Below, in pieces: positions 36,701 to 44,015 of a stretch of 64,000 nucleotides of DNA; position 1 is the first letter of the stretch, and the number at the start of each line of letters is the position of its first letter. The notes beneath the pieces are model-generated. The model worked only from the letters and a program-made list of their open reading frames with translations. It was not told where the DNA came from and did no database searches. This DNA comes from Planctomycetota bacterium (GTDB lineage: Bacteria > Planctomycetota > UBA11346). A program made the position numbers and the translations under genes. The stretch lies in NCBI GenBank assembly GCA_038203025.1, contig JBBREK010000001.1:6165-70164 (forward strand), written 5' to 3'.

Positions 36701-39281
36701 CCGCACCGACCAGACCACCGAAGAAGACCGGCTGCTGCTGACGGCCTACGCCCGGGTAGTAATCCGCGATGCCTCCGGCACCCTCGCCCGCTACGTTGAA
36801 CAGCAGCCGCGTCCGGCGCCGGCGGCGCCGCGTCTGATCCCGGCGCGTCGCGCCCGACCCGACCAGTCCGGCCAGCCTCCGTTCTACGACCTTGCCTTCT
36901 GGAACGGCCAGGGCGGATTCACCCGCGACGGCTTCGAGTACATCATCCTGCTCAAGCCCGGGGCCAGCACCCCGGCGCCGTGGTGCAACGTGCTTGCCAA
37001 CGAGGGCTTCGGCACGGTGGTCAGCGAGCGTGGCGCGGCCTACACCTGGGCCGCCAACTGCCACGAATTCCGTCTGACGCCGTGGCATTGCGACGCGGTC
37101 GCAGATCCGCACGGCGAGGCCATCTACCTGCGCGACGAGGACAGCGGCGTGGTCTGGTCGCCGACCCCGGGCCCGCTGCGCAGCCGCAGCACCTGCGTGA
37201 TCCGCCACGGTTTCGGCTATTCCGTGTTTGGCCGCGACGAGGAGGGCATCGCCAGCGAGATGCACATCTGGGTCGACCGCGATGCGCCGGTGAAGCAGTG
37301 GAAGCTGCGCCTGGTCAATCGCAGCGATCGTTCGCGGCGGCTGACCGTCACCTGCTACGTCGAGTGGACGCTGGCCGAACTGCGCGAGCGCAGCGCCATG
37401 CATCTGGTCACCGACCACGACGACGGGGTGCTGACCGCGACCAATCCGCTTAACGACGACTTCGCTGGCCGTACCGCCTTCCTCGCCGCCAGTCGTCGGC
37501 CGTCATCCTGGACCTGCGACCGTGCCGAGTTCCTTGGCCGGCATGGCTCGCCGGCCAAGCCGGCGGCGCTCGCCGCCACCGGCCTGCTCGGCCGCACTGG
37601 CGCCGGACTTGATCCGTGCGGGGCGTTGGCGGTGCGTGTGGACCTCAAGCCCGGAGCAGAATACGAGGTGGTCTTCACCCTCGGCGCCGGGCGCGACGCG
37701 ACGCACGCCCGCGAGCTGGCGACCCGCCACCGCGGCCTGGATAGCGCCCGGTCCTCGCTGCTGGCGATCTACGAGCACTGGAAGTTCCTGCTCGGCCGGG
37801 TGCGCGTGCAGACCCCCGATCCGGCCATCGATCTGCTCGCCAACGGTTGGCTGCCCTACCAGATCCACGCCGCGCGCATGCTGGCGCGCAGCGGCTTCTC
37901 GCAGTCGGGCGGGGCCTACGGCTTCCGCGACCAGTTGCAGGACGCCATGGCCCTGGTGCATCACGACCCGCGTCTGCTGCGCGACCATCTGGTCCGCGCC
38001 GCTGGCCGGCAGTTCAGCGAGGGCGACGTCCAGCACTGGTGGCATCCACCCGGCGGTCGCGGAGTACGCACGCACATCTCCGACGATCTGCTGTGGCTGC
38101 CCTACGCGATCAGCCGCTACCTCGACACCACCGGTGACCTTGCCGCCCTCGACCAGCGGGCGCCCTGGCTTACGGGCCCGCCGGTCCCGGCCGGGCAGGA
38201 GTCGCTCTACGACCTGCCGCGGACGACCGGCCATGACGGCACGCTCTACGAGCACGCGGTGGCGGCGATCCGCCTTGGCCTGAACCGGCTTGGCGCGCAC
38301 GGGCTGCCACTGATGGGCAGCGGCGACTGGAACGACGGCATGAACCAGGTCGGCGACAAGGGCAAAGGCGAGAGCGTGTGGTTGGCGTTCTTTCTCGTCG
38401 AGGTGCTGCGCCGCTTCGCGCCGGTGGCACGTGTACGCGGCGAAGCCGCCTTCGCCGATGAGCTGCTTGCCCGCGCCGACACCATCGCCGCGGCCATTGA
38501 TACCCACGCCTGGGATGGCGCCTGGTACCTGCGTGCCTGGTTCGACGACGGCACGCCGCTGGGTAACGCCGCCGGAGCCGAATGCCGCATCGACGCCCTG
38601 CCGCAGGCCTGGGCGGCGATCACTGGCGCCACCGACCCCGAGCGCACGCGTCAGGCGATGCAGGCGGTCGACCAGCAGTTGGTGCGACGTGACGACGGTC
38701 TGATCCAGCTGTTCGATCCGCCGTTCGACCAGGGCAACCTGCAGCCCGGCTACATCAAGGGCTACCTGCCCGGGGTGCGCGAGAACGGCGGCCAGTACAC
38801 CCATGCCGCGGTGTGGACGGCGATGGCCTTTGCCAATCTTGGTGACGGCACGCGCACCCTCGAGCTGGCCCGGCTGATCAACCCGGTGCTGCACGCCGAC
38901 AGTCCGGCGGCGGCAGCGCGCTGGCGGGTCGAGCCCTACGTCATGGCAGCCGACGTCTACCGCACCCCCGGCCATGTCGGGCGTGGCGGCTGGACCTGGT
39001 ACACCGGTTCGGCTGGCTGGATGTGGCGCCTGCTGGTCGAGTCGCTGCTCGGCTTCGAGCGTCGCGCCGGGCAGGTGCGACTGCATCCCTGCACCCCCGA
39101 TGGTTGGGGCGACTTCACCGTGCACTACCACCATGGCAACAGTCGGTGGACGCTGGTGGCGAAGGGTTCGGGTCCGGTCGAGCGCATCACCGTCGATGGC
39201 GGACAGTTCGCCGGCGAATGGGTCACGCTGGTCGACGACGGGCGGGAACACCGCGCCGAATTCCTGCGCCGCAAGGGCTAG
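30798..39281 (+). CDS. ndvB: Cyclic beta-1,2-glucan synthase (NdvB/ChvB/Cgs type; GT84 glycosyltransferase plus GH94 phosphorylase-like domains), 2827 aa.
   Basis: Size and architecture match NdvB/ChvB. The N-terminal region has transmembrane segments with a glycosyltransferase core (DxD-like VLVLDTDTRLP), and the C-terminal half is GH94-like (GGYGFRDQLQD, WLAFFL). The ORF-track start at 30015 runs antisense through the ABC-F gene, so the in-frame ATG at 30798 (MTSAPRAS) was taken. Confidence 0.8.
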   Translation: MTSAPRASIPASLPVEVVSGDALLRAEIYSVEQMEGHARRLATWHRVDRGGWGSPLLDRLGANRVALVQVIDRLRAAPDRALVPAADWLLDNQYLILDQITTVRTHLPRGYSRELPRLTVGDPTGMPRVYGLALEYIAHGDAHVDAEGIGRFVGAYQESVSLTMGELWAVPIMLRLALIENLRRIATRVDTAQCRRESAAAWAVRFVQAAELNPSSLVVAIADLAKESKLEPAFVGELQRRLLGQHPGVGLVLQWLEQRLGERRQTVADQVRLDHQDQAADRIAVANAITSLRGMGAIDWKEFVERISAVEAVLREDPTGIYEAMDFASRDLYRHEVEQIARRCRAEGAEAQQAVARAAISLASGANASASTDPDRPPRGHVGWWLVDGGRRELEERLAGSYGLRHPRGHGPRPLRTYLVPIVLLTVLATAAAVVAAGGLTMPVGLAICLAVLLLPLACQAGKTLIDWMTTRLVAPRQLPRLDFAQGIPAEWRTVVAVPTLVRTRRDLDSVVEGLEVRALANEDDHLVFVLLSDFGDAAAKEQPGDAIVLQHAATVLTALNDRHRRADGRDRFLLLHRDRMWNPREGVWMGQERKRGKIEDLNRLLLHGDVAAFTTTLGDVGVLQGARLVLVLDTDTRLPRDAARRMAGAMAHPLNRPRLDPATRTVSGGHAVLQPRAAVSMSSSGRSWYASLWAGDAGIDPYTRAVSDVYQDLFDQGSFVGKGIYDLRAFSASLADRFPDNAILSHDLIEGSYARSGLLSDVVVVEDHPATYLADMARRMRWVRGDWQLLPWLLPRTPTARGWARNQLNALARWKLIDNLRRSLVAPASLAALLLAWTCLPAAGAIAIALVVAAVTALPVVLSAASGLSGDNRLRVRLGLVVSGGMRGLAAGLAGIAFLPFEAARTIDAVLRTLWRLVISRRHLLRWQTASDAERLAATGLAGISGAMAVAPLLGFTVALLALLRPGLAPAVLPFAVLWLAAPVLAWLLSRRPAVAAQARLGEGDRSYLLRTARRTWQYFADLVNESGRWLPPDNLQMQPRRVVAGRTSPTNIGLALLADLTAHDFGWLGSRALLDRVGRELDSIESLERCRGHLLNWYDTATGEAMHPRYVSTVDSGNLAGHLLILAAGLRELAGSKVDRVARLRGCVVTVELAAEAMPAQRDELTALAVRLRAAEAALPIDEAVVLLTRLAASSDGDGRTWASAAAAELTTHRDELAVLAPGAEVLELRRIAAGQGPGAACAADLIADAERLAARAQTFALGMEWAFLLDLGSKLFSTGYHLDAARLDRSGYDLLASESRLTSYVAVAGGRVDQEHWFRLGRLLVRTPSGPVLASWSGTMFEYLMPLLVMPEEPGSLLHASAETAVAEQIRHGDALGIPWGITESAYYATDAALNWQYRAFGVPGLGLNRSLADDPVVAPYASALALLIAPLAALRNLRRLDGLGACGLYGFYEAVDFTTSRMPTGEQYVVIPSWMAHHQGMSLLACGHVLLGAPMHRRFLADRRLQAHQLLLQERPVVGGDINVLRPVDGPAQRAEIDTSLNVIIDPAAGPPQVQLLSNGRYHVMVTAAGGGYSRWGDIALTRWREDATRDHWGQACYLRDTESKAVWTATCQPLGGLPKGHEAVFTQARAEFRRIDGEIASHLEIAVSSEDDVELRRLTLANRGERVRHIEITTCAEPVLAPVGADMAHPAFSKLSVQTEAAPEHDAVLATRRPRQDGEARVWLAHALVARSGGGNLSWETDRERFLGRTRTQADPQALDGAARALSGTVGAVIDPVLALRRTVSIPPGSHVVIDLIAAVASSRAEALALCDRYRDVNLASRAYELSQTHGQVVLAQLGATDVDAQVFARLAGALVFAGASRRASDVAIRRNLAQRSSLWRFGISGDLPICLVRVADSHRIDLLRQLLRAHAWWRVKGLAVDLVVLIEDPSVYRQEVSDLVLGVIASSPDAGFVDRSGGVFVRRTDQTTEEDRLLLTAYARVVIRDASGTLARYVEQQPRPAPAAPRLIPARRARPDQSGQPPFYDLAFWNGQGGFTRDGFEYIILLKPGASTPAPWCNVLANEGFGTVVSERGAAYTWAANCHEFRLTPWHCDAVADPHGEAIYLRDEDSGVVWSPTPGPLRSRSTCVIRHGFGYSVFGRDEEGIASEMHIWVDRDAPVKQWKLRLVNRSDRSRRLTVTCYVEWTLAELRERSAMHLVTDHDDGVLTATNPLNDDFAGRTAFLAASRRPSSWTCDRAEFLGRHGSPAKPAALAATGLLGRTGAGLDPCGALAVRVDLKPGAEYEVVFTLGAGRDATHARELATRHRGLDSARSSLLAIYEHWKFLLGRVRVQTPDPAIDLLANGWLPYQIHAARMLARSGFSQSGGAYGFRDQLQDAMALVHHDPRLLRDHLVRAAGRQFSEGDVQHWWHPPGGRGVRTHISDDLLWLPYAISRYLDTTGDLAALDQRAPWLTGPPVPAGQESLYDLPRTTGHDGTLYEHAVAAIRLGLNRLGAHGLPLMGSGDWNDGMNQVGDKGKGESVWLAFFLVEVLRRFAPVARVRGEAAFADELLARADTIAAAIDTHAWDGAWYLRAWFDDGTPLGNAAGAECRIDALPQAWAAITGATDPERTRQAMQAVDQQLVRRDDGLIQLFDPPFDQGNLQPGYIKGYLPGVRENGGQYTHAAVWTAMAFANLGDGTRTLELARLINPVLHADSPAAAARWRVEPYVMAADVYRTPGHVGRGGWTWYTGSAGWMWRLLVESLLGFERRAGQVRLHPCTPDGWGDFTVHYHHGNSRWTLVAKGSGPVERITVDGGQFAGEWVTLVDDGREHRAEFLRRKG

Positions 39282-39314
39282 AAGCGCTGGCGTTTCCCTC
39301 AGCCTAGGAATCGC

Positions 39315-39421
39315 GGTTCGCGGTTGTAACGACACGTGTTGTGTGTGTTGCGGGGGTTCACCAAACGGGTGACCACGTGTAAACCCAATATGGTCCGTAA
39401 TCGATGGTCTAACCGCGAACC
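39315..39421. terminator. Convergent terminator region. It has the inverted repeat GGTTCGCGGTT/AACCGCGAACC (39315-39325 and 39411-39421) enclosing two ACACGTGT palindromes and a GGTTCACC/GGGTGACC stem.
   Basis: Read directly. It lies between the ndvB stop (39281) and the kinase stop (39439). Confidence 0.4.
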
Positions 39422-39438
39422 CACTGCGGCATCTTGCC

Positions 39439-40527
39439 TCAGCGCAGTAACGCCACCGCCGCGCCGGCCACGGCCAGCAGCAGGAGGAGAATGATTACCG
39501 GCATCAGCCAGGCGGGCATCGTGCGCGGTGCGGCCAGGCGCTTGCGGAAGCGGCCTGCGTCGTCGGGCCGTTCGAGTACGGCGCGTAGCTCACGGATCAG
39601 CTCGGTGGCGCTCTGCGGACGTCGGGTCTTGTCCTTGTGCATGGCCCAACGAATGCAGGCGTCGACTCCGGCCGGCAGGTCGGGGACGTGCGTGCGCGGT
39701 GCTGGCGCCTCGCTGCGCAGGACCATCTCCATGACCTCCTGCGAGCTGCGGCCGTTGAATGGCAGACGGCCGGTGACGGCGTGGTAGAAGGTGGCGCCAA
39801 GGGCGTAGCAGTCGCTGCGGTGGTCGGCCAGCTTGGCGTCGAGCACCTGCTCGGGCGGCATGTAGGCCGGTGAGCCCATGGCGACACCGGACAGGGTGAG
39901 TTGTTCCCAGGCGCCGCTGCCCTCGATCTGCTTGCCGAAGCCAAGGTCGGCGAGCTTGGCGACAGTGCCGCCAGCAAGCATGATGTTGGCCGGCTTGACG
40001 TCACGATGGATGATGCCGCGCGCCCCCGCCGCCTCGAGCGCCCCGGCGACCTCCAGCACCCAGCCGGCGGCGACGCGCCAGGGGATGCGGCGTTGATGCT
40101 CGATCGCCTCTTCCAGGCTCTGGCCTTCGACCAGCTCCATGGCGAGGAAGAACTTGCCCTGGTCGAAGCCGAAGCCGCGTACCCCGACGATGTGGGGGTG
40201 GCTGATCTTCTGGGCCAGCTCGGCCTCGCGCTTGAAGCGGGCGAGGAACTCCTGGTCGCGGGCTGATTCCTCGTTGAGCACCTTCAGCGCCACTTTGCTG
40301 CCGTCAGCGGCAGTGGCCTCGTAGACCGTGGCGGTGGCGCCCTCGCCAAGCTTCCGTCCGACCTGGTACTTGCCGAGCATGCGCTCGCCGGGCTTGCTTG
40401 GCACCGGGCTGCGGATCGGCACGCGCAGGACCTGGCCGCAGTTCGGGCAGGGCAGGCGGCCATCAGCCGGCATGGTTGCCGGGACGAACTTGTGCCGACA
40501 GGCTGGACAGCGGAAGGCTTGGGCCAC
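39439..40527 (-). CDS. Ser/Thr protein kinase with an N-terminal zinc ribbon and a C-terminal transmembrane anchor.
   Basis: Zinc ribbon CPACRHK...CPNCGQ. Kinase subdomains GEGATATVYEA, VALKVL, HRDVKPANIML, DLGFG and SPAYMPPE. C-terminal hydrophobic helix. Confidence 0.8.
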   Translation of the reverse strand: MAQAFRCPACRHKFVPATMPADGRLPCPNCGQVLRVPIRSPVPSKPGERMLGKYQVGRKLGEGATATVYEATAADGSKVALKVLNEESARDQEFLARFKREAELAQKISHPHIVGVRGFGFDQGKFFLAMELVEGQSLEEAIEHQRRIPWRVAAGWVLEVAGALEAAGARGIIHRDVKPANIMLAGGTVAKLADLGFGKQIEGSGAWEQLTLSGVAMGSPAYMPPEQVLDAKLADHRSDCYALGATFYHAVTGRLPFNGRSSQEVMEMVLRSEAPAPRTHVPDLPAGVDACIRWAMHKDKTRRPQSATELIRELRAVLERPDDAGRFRKRLAAPRTMPAWLMPVIILLLLLAVAGAAVALLR

Positions 40528-40577
40528 GGGCCGAGTATGGCGATGGCGGGCAGGTGTGCCAGCGTGGCCCGGTGGGC

Positions 40578-41537
40578 CTAATGACCCGGTTGCAGGGCTG
40601 CGTCGTCGATCGGCAGCCCTGCCGCCAGGGCCGCCTTGATCAATGGCTGCGACTGCGTGCCGCGGGGCAGGCTGCCGAGGTGGGCTACAGCTTCGTCGCG
40701 TCGTCCGAGCTGGGCCAGGGCGATGGCTTGCATGAGGCCGGATCGGGGATCCTCCGGCCGGGCGGCGCTGGCGTAGGTCGCCTGCGCCAGCAGGCCGCCC
40801 CAGTCCTGGTCGGCGAGCGCGGCGTAGCCGAGGGCGAGTCGTGGCCAGACACTTGCGGATTCGCGACCGAGGGCGACCAGGGCATGCAGCCGCACCTCCG
40901 GCCAGTCACTACGCGCCGCCGCCTCGCGGGCCAGACAGACGCGCGGCCAGAAGGCGCCCGGATCGGCTTCGGCCAGGGCGCGGGCGGTGTCGGCCAGGCG
41001 CGCGTCGGGAACGAGGCAGGCCAGCGCCAGTTCGGCGGTGATTGGCTGCGCCAGGGCCAGCTCCAGGTCTGGGCTGGTGGTGGCGACCAGGCCGTCTGCC
41101 TCGACTGCGGCGCCGGCGATGGCACGTCCGAGGGCCGGCCAGGCCGGATCCTGGCACTTGGCCAGGGCGGCTGGGACGCGCGGGTCCAGCGTGCCGGCGG
41201 AGGCCTCGGCGCAGGCCAGCTCGATCAGCGCCCGGCGCAGCCGCGCCGCTTCGGGATGGTCGAGCACTGCGCAGGGCTGCCCTGGCCGCGGATCGAGGGC
41301 GCCAGCCAGCTCTAGTGCGGCGTTCAACTGGGCGATCTCCTCGGGCCAGGAGCCGCGCACCCGCCACGAACGGTCGAGCGCGTCGAGGGTGTCGGCGAGC
41401 AGCTGCTGGCGCGTGGCATCGTCGCGCGCCCAGGTTGCGGTCGATGGCGCGGGAGGAGGCGGATCCGCAGAGCGCCGTCCGGCCGCCTCGCCGAAGCGCC
41501 AAGCGAACAGTCCGATGACGGCACCCGCCGCCAGCAT
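40578..41537 (-). CDS. Membrane-anchored Ala-rich hypothetical protein with a TPR-like C-terminus.
   Basis: N-terminal transmembrane segment LAVMLAAGAVIGLFAW, with repetitive helical Ala/Leu-rich sequence after it. The start is uncertain: the ORF-track start at 41603 would overlap copA. Confidence 0.4.
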   Translation of the reverse strand: MLAAGAVIGLFAWRFGEAAGRRSADPPPPAPSTATWARDDATRQQLLADTLDALDRSWRVRGSWPEEIAQLNAALELAGALDPRPGQPCAVLDHPEAARLRRALIELACAEASAGTLDPRVPAALAKCQDPAWPALGRAIAGAAVEADGLVATTSPDLELALAQPITAELALACLVPDARLADTARALAEADPGAFWPRVCLAREAAARSDWPEVRLHALVALGRESASVWPRLALGYAALADQDWGGLLAQATYASAARPEDPRSGLMQAIALAQLGRRDEAVAHLGSLPRGTQSQPLIKAALAAGLPIDDAALQPGH

Positions 41538-41557
41538 CACCGCCAGTCGGGTGGCGT

Positions 41558-43681
41558 TCACGCCCGCCACCAGCCCAGCCGCAGGCTGTTGCCGACCACG
41601 CATAGTGAGCTGGCGGCCATCGCTGCCGCCGCCCAGGCCGGATCGAGCCGGCCGGTCATCGCCAGGGGGATGGCGCAGAGATTGTAGACGGCGGCGAAGG
41701 CCAGGTTCATACGCACCGTGTGCATGGTGGCGCGGGCCAGGGCGACGGCATCGCCGGCGGCGCGCAGCGGATCGTGGCCATCAAGGATGAGGTTGCCGGC
41801 CAGGGCGGCGATGGTGGCGCCACCGCCGACCGCGGCGCCGGCGCTGGCGCGGGCCAGCATAGGTGCGTCATTGATGCCGTCGCCCAGGGCAAGCACGCGG
41901 TCGCCGGCGGACTCCAGCTGGCTGACCATGCGCGCCTTGCCTTCTGGCGACAGGTCACCGCGGGCATCGCCGATGCCCACTGCCTGGGCCACGCGTCGGG
42001 TCTCGACGGTGCGGTCGCCACTGGCCAGATGCAGCCGCAGACCCAACCCGCGCAGCCGTGCCAGGGCCTCGGTGGCGCCGGGTCGCGGCCCGTCCCCCAG
42101 GCGCAGGGCGCCGATCCAGCGGGCGTTGGCGGCGACGTGGACGACGATGCCTGGTCCGGCCGGATCGCCGGGCGGGGCCGCCGCGCCGCGGTCGGCGAGG
42201 AAGGCGCGACTGCCCACCAGCACCTCGCCGCCATCGACCACGGCGCGCACACCGCCGCCTGGCGTGGCGGCGAACTCCGTGGAGGCCGGCACGGCCAGGC
42301 CCTGCGCTGCGGCAGTGATGGCGGCGGCCACCGGGTGTTCGGAACCGCGTTCGGCCGCGGCGGCGAGGGCGAGGATGGAAGCGCGGTCGCAGCCTGGGGC
42401 GCACAGCACCTCGGCCAGCTGTGGTAAGCCGGTGGTGATGGTGCCGGTCTTGTCGATGACGGCGGCGCGGGCCTGGGCCAGCGATTCGATCACCGTGCCG
42501 TCGCGCACCAGGATGCCGCTGCGTGCCGCCCGGCCGACCGCCACCGCGATCGCGGCCGGGGTGGCCAGGCCGAGGGCGCAGGGGCAGGCGATGACGAGCA
42601 CGCTCAGGGCGGCGATCAGGCCGTGGTGCCAGCCCTCGGCGCCGCCCAACCACCACCAACCGGCCAGAGTGGCGAGGGCCAGGAGGATGGCGGCAGGGAC
42701 GAAGACGCCGGCGACCCGGTCGGCGAGGCGGGCGATCGGCGGCTTGGCGGCAGCCGCTGCGCGCATCGCCTCGGCGATCGCGGCCAGCCGGGTGGCGCCG
42801 CCGGTGGCGTCGACCCGGACGACCAGTGTCCCGAGCCGGTTGATCGTGCCGGCGCTGACCTCATCGTCGACGCGCTTGACCACCGGCATCGGCTCGCCGG
42901 TGAGCAGTGCCTCGTCGACCTCGCCACCGCCTTCCAGCACGGTGCCGTCTGCCGCCACCGCATCGCCCGGCCGCACCCGGATGCGATCGCCGACGCGCAG
43001 TGTTGCGGCGTCGACCAGTTGCTCGCCGTCAGGCCCCAGGCGCAGCGCCTTCGGTGGTTGGCGTTCCATGAGCTCGCGCACGGCGGCGCCGGCGCGCGCC
43101 CGTCCGCCGGCCTCCAGGGCCCGACCAATCAAGGTGAAGGCGATGATCGCAGCGGCGCTTTCCGCGTGCAGGTGCGGCCAGCCCAGGACCAGTCCGACGA
43201 GGCCGTGGATGCAGGCGGTCACTGCGCCCAGCGCCACCAGCAGGTCCATGTCGCCATGCAGGCGCAGGGCCGAGCGGGCCGCGCGCATCACGATGGTCCG
43301 TCCGGGCCAGGCCAGGGCGAGCACGGCCAGCGCAACCTGGATGGCCGGCGAAGCCGGATGATGCGGCGCCGCCATCGCCCAGGTCATCGCCGTTCCGGCC
43401 AAGGCCATTGCGACCAAGGCGCGCAGCCGCGCCGGCCGCGGATCCTCGCCCGGCGTCTCGGCGACATGAACATGGACGGCAAAGCCGAACTTCGCCAGCC
43501 GCTGCTGTACCGCCGCGATGGTCAGCCCGCCGTCGCTGAGCCGCAGCCGCGCCTGCCGCGCGATCAGATCGACGCGCAGTTCGCTGATCCCTGGCTGCGA
43601 CGCCAACGCCGTCTCCATGCGCCGCGCGCACGCCGCGCAGTGCATCCCGTCGGTGACGTCGAGAACAATCTCAGCCGGCAT
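41558..43681 (-). CDS. copA: Copper-translocating P1B-type ATPase.
   Basis: N-terminal heavy-metal-associated domain GMHCAACA, then the CPC (ACPCALGLATP), DKTGTIT, GDGINDAP motifs, and a C-terminal transmembrane segment. Confidence 0.85.
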   Translation of the reverse strand: MPAEIVLDVTDGMHCAACARRMETALASQPGISELRVDLIARQARLRLSDGGLTIAAVQQRLAKFGFAVHVHVAETPGEDPRPARLRALVAMALAGTAMTWAMAAPHHPASPAIQVALAVLALAWPGRTIVMRAARSALRLHGDMDLLVALGAVTACIHGLVGLVLGWPHLHAESAAAIIAFTLIGRALEAGGRARAGAAVRELMERQPPKALRLGPDGEQLVDAATLRVGDRIRVRPGDAVAADGTVLEGGGEVDEALLTGEPMPVVKRVDDEVSAGTINRLGTLVVRVDATGGATRLAAIAEAMRAAAAAKPPIARLADRVAGVFVPAAILLALATLAGWWWLGGAEGWHHGLIAALSVLVIACPCALGLATPAAIAVAVGRAARSGILVRDGTVIESLAQARAAVIDKTGTITTGLPQLAEVLCAPGCDRASILALAAAAERGSEHPVAAAITAAAQGLAVPASTEFAATPGGGVRAVVDGGEVLVGSRAFLADRGAAAPPGDPAGPGIVVHVAANARWIGALRLGDGPRPGATEALARLRGLGLRLHLASGDRTVETRRVAQAVGIGDARGDLSPEGKARMVSQLESAGDRVLALGDGINDAPMLARASAGAAVGGGATIAALAGNLILDGHDPLRAAGDAVALARATMHTVRMNLAFAAVYNLCAIPLAMTGRLDPAWAAAAMAASSLCVVGNSLRLGWWRA

Positions 43682-43716
43682 GCCGGTACGTTAGGCAGCG
43701 CGCAGCCCCTGCCAGT

Positions 43717-43848
43717 GGGTTTGGGTTTGGGTTTCGGTTTCGGTTTGGGTTTCGGTTTGGGTTTCGGTTTCGGTTTCGGTTTCGGTTTCGGGTTCCGAGC
43801 CCCAATCCCCAATCCCCAATCCCCAATCCCCAATCCCCAATCCCCAAT
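43717..43848. repeat. Compound microsatellite of 12 copies of (GGTTTS, a mix of GGGTTT/CGGTTT) at 43717-43788, followed by (CCCCAAT)7 at 43800-43848. It lies in the 334-bp leader/intergenic region upstream of copA.
   Basis: Read directly. Confidence 0.9.
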
Positions 43849-44015
43849 CCCAGATGGTCGGGGTACGCCGTCCGGGGAGTGAGCGACCAAGCGCGTGGCG
43901 ATCGATAGGGCCAGCGTGTGTGGTAAGTTCCACGCGCGCGTAGCGAGCCTGGAGCGACCCCCGCCGCCTGGCGAATCGACGCGCGTATGCGCGGCGTGTC
44001 GAGCGGGGTCCGGGG

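Noticed and set aside
23725-43848. The tandem repeats considered as a possible CRISPR array.
   Set aside because: The units are 3-7 bp with no spacers. They are microsatellites, not 25-40 bp repeats with unique spacers. No cas genes are present.
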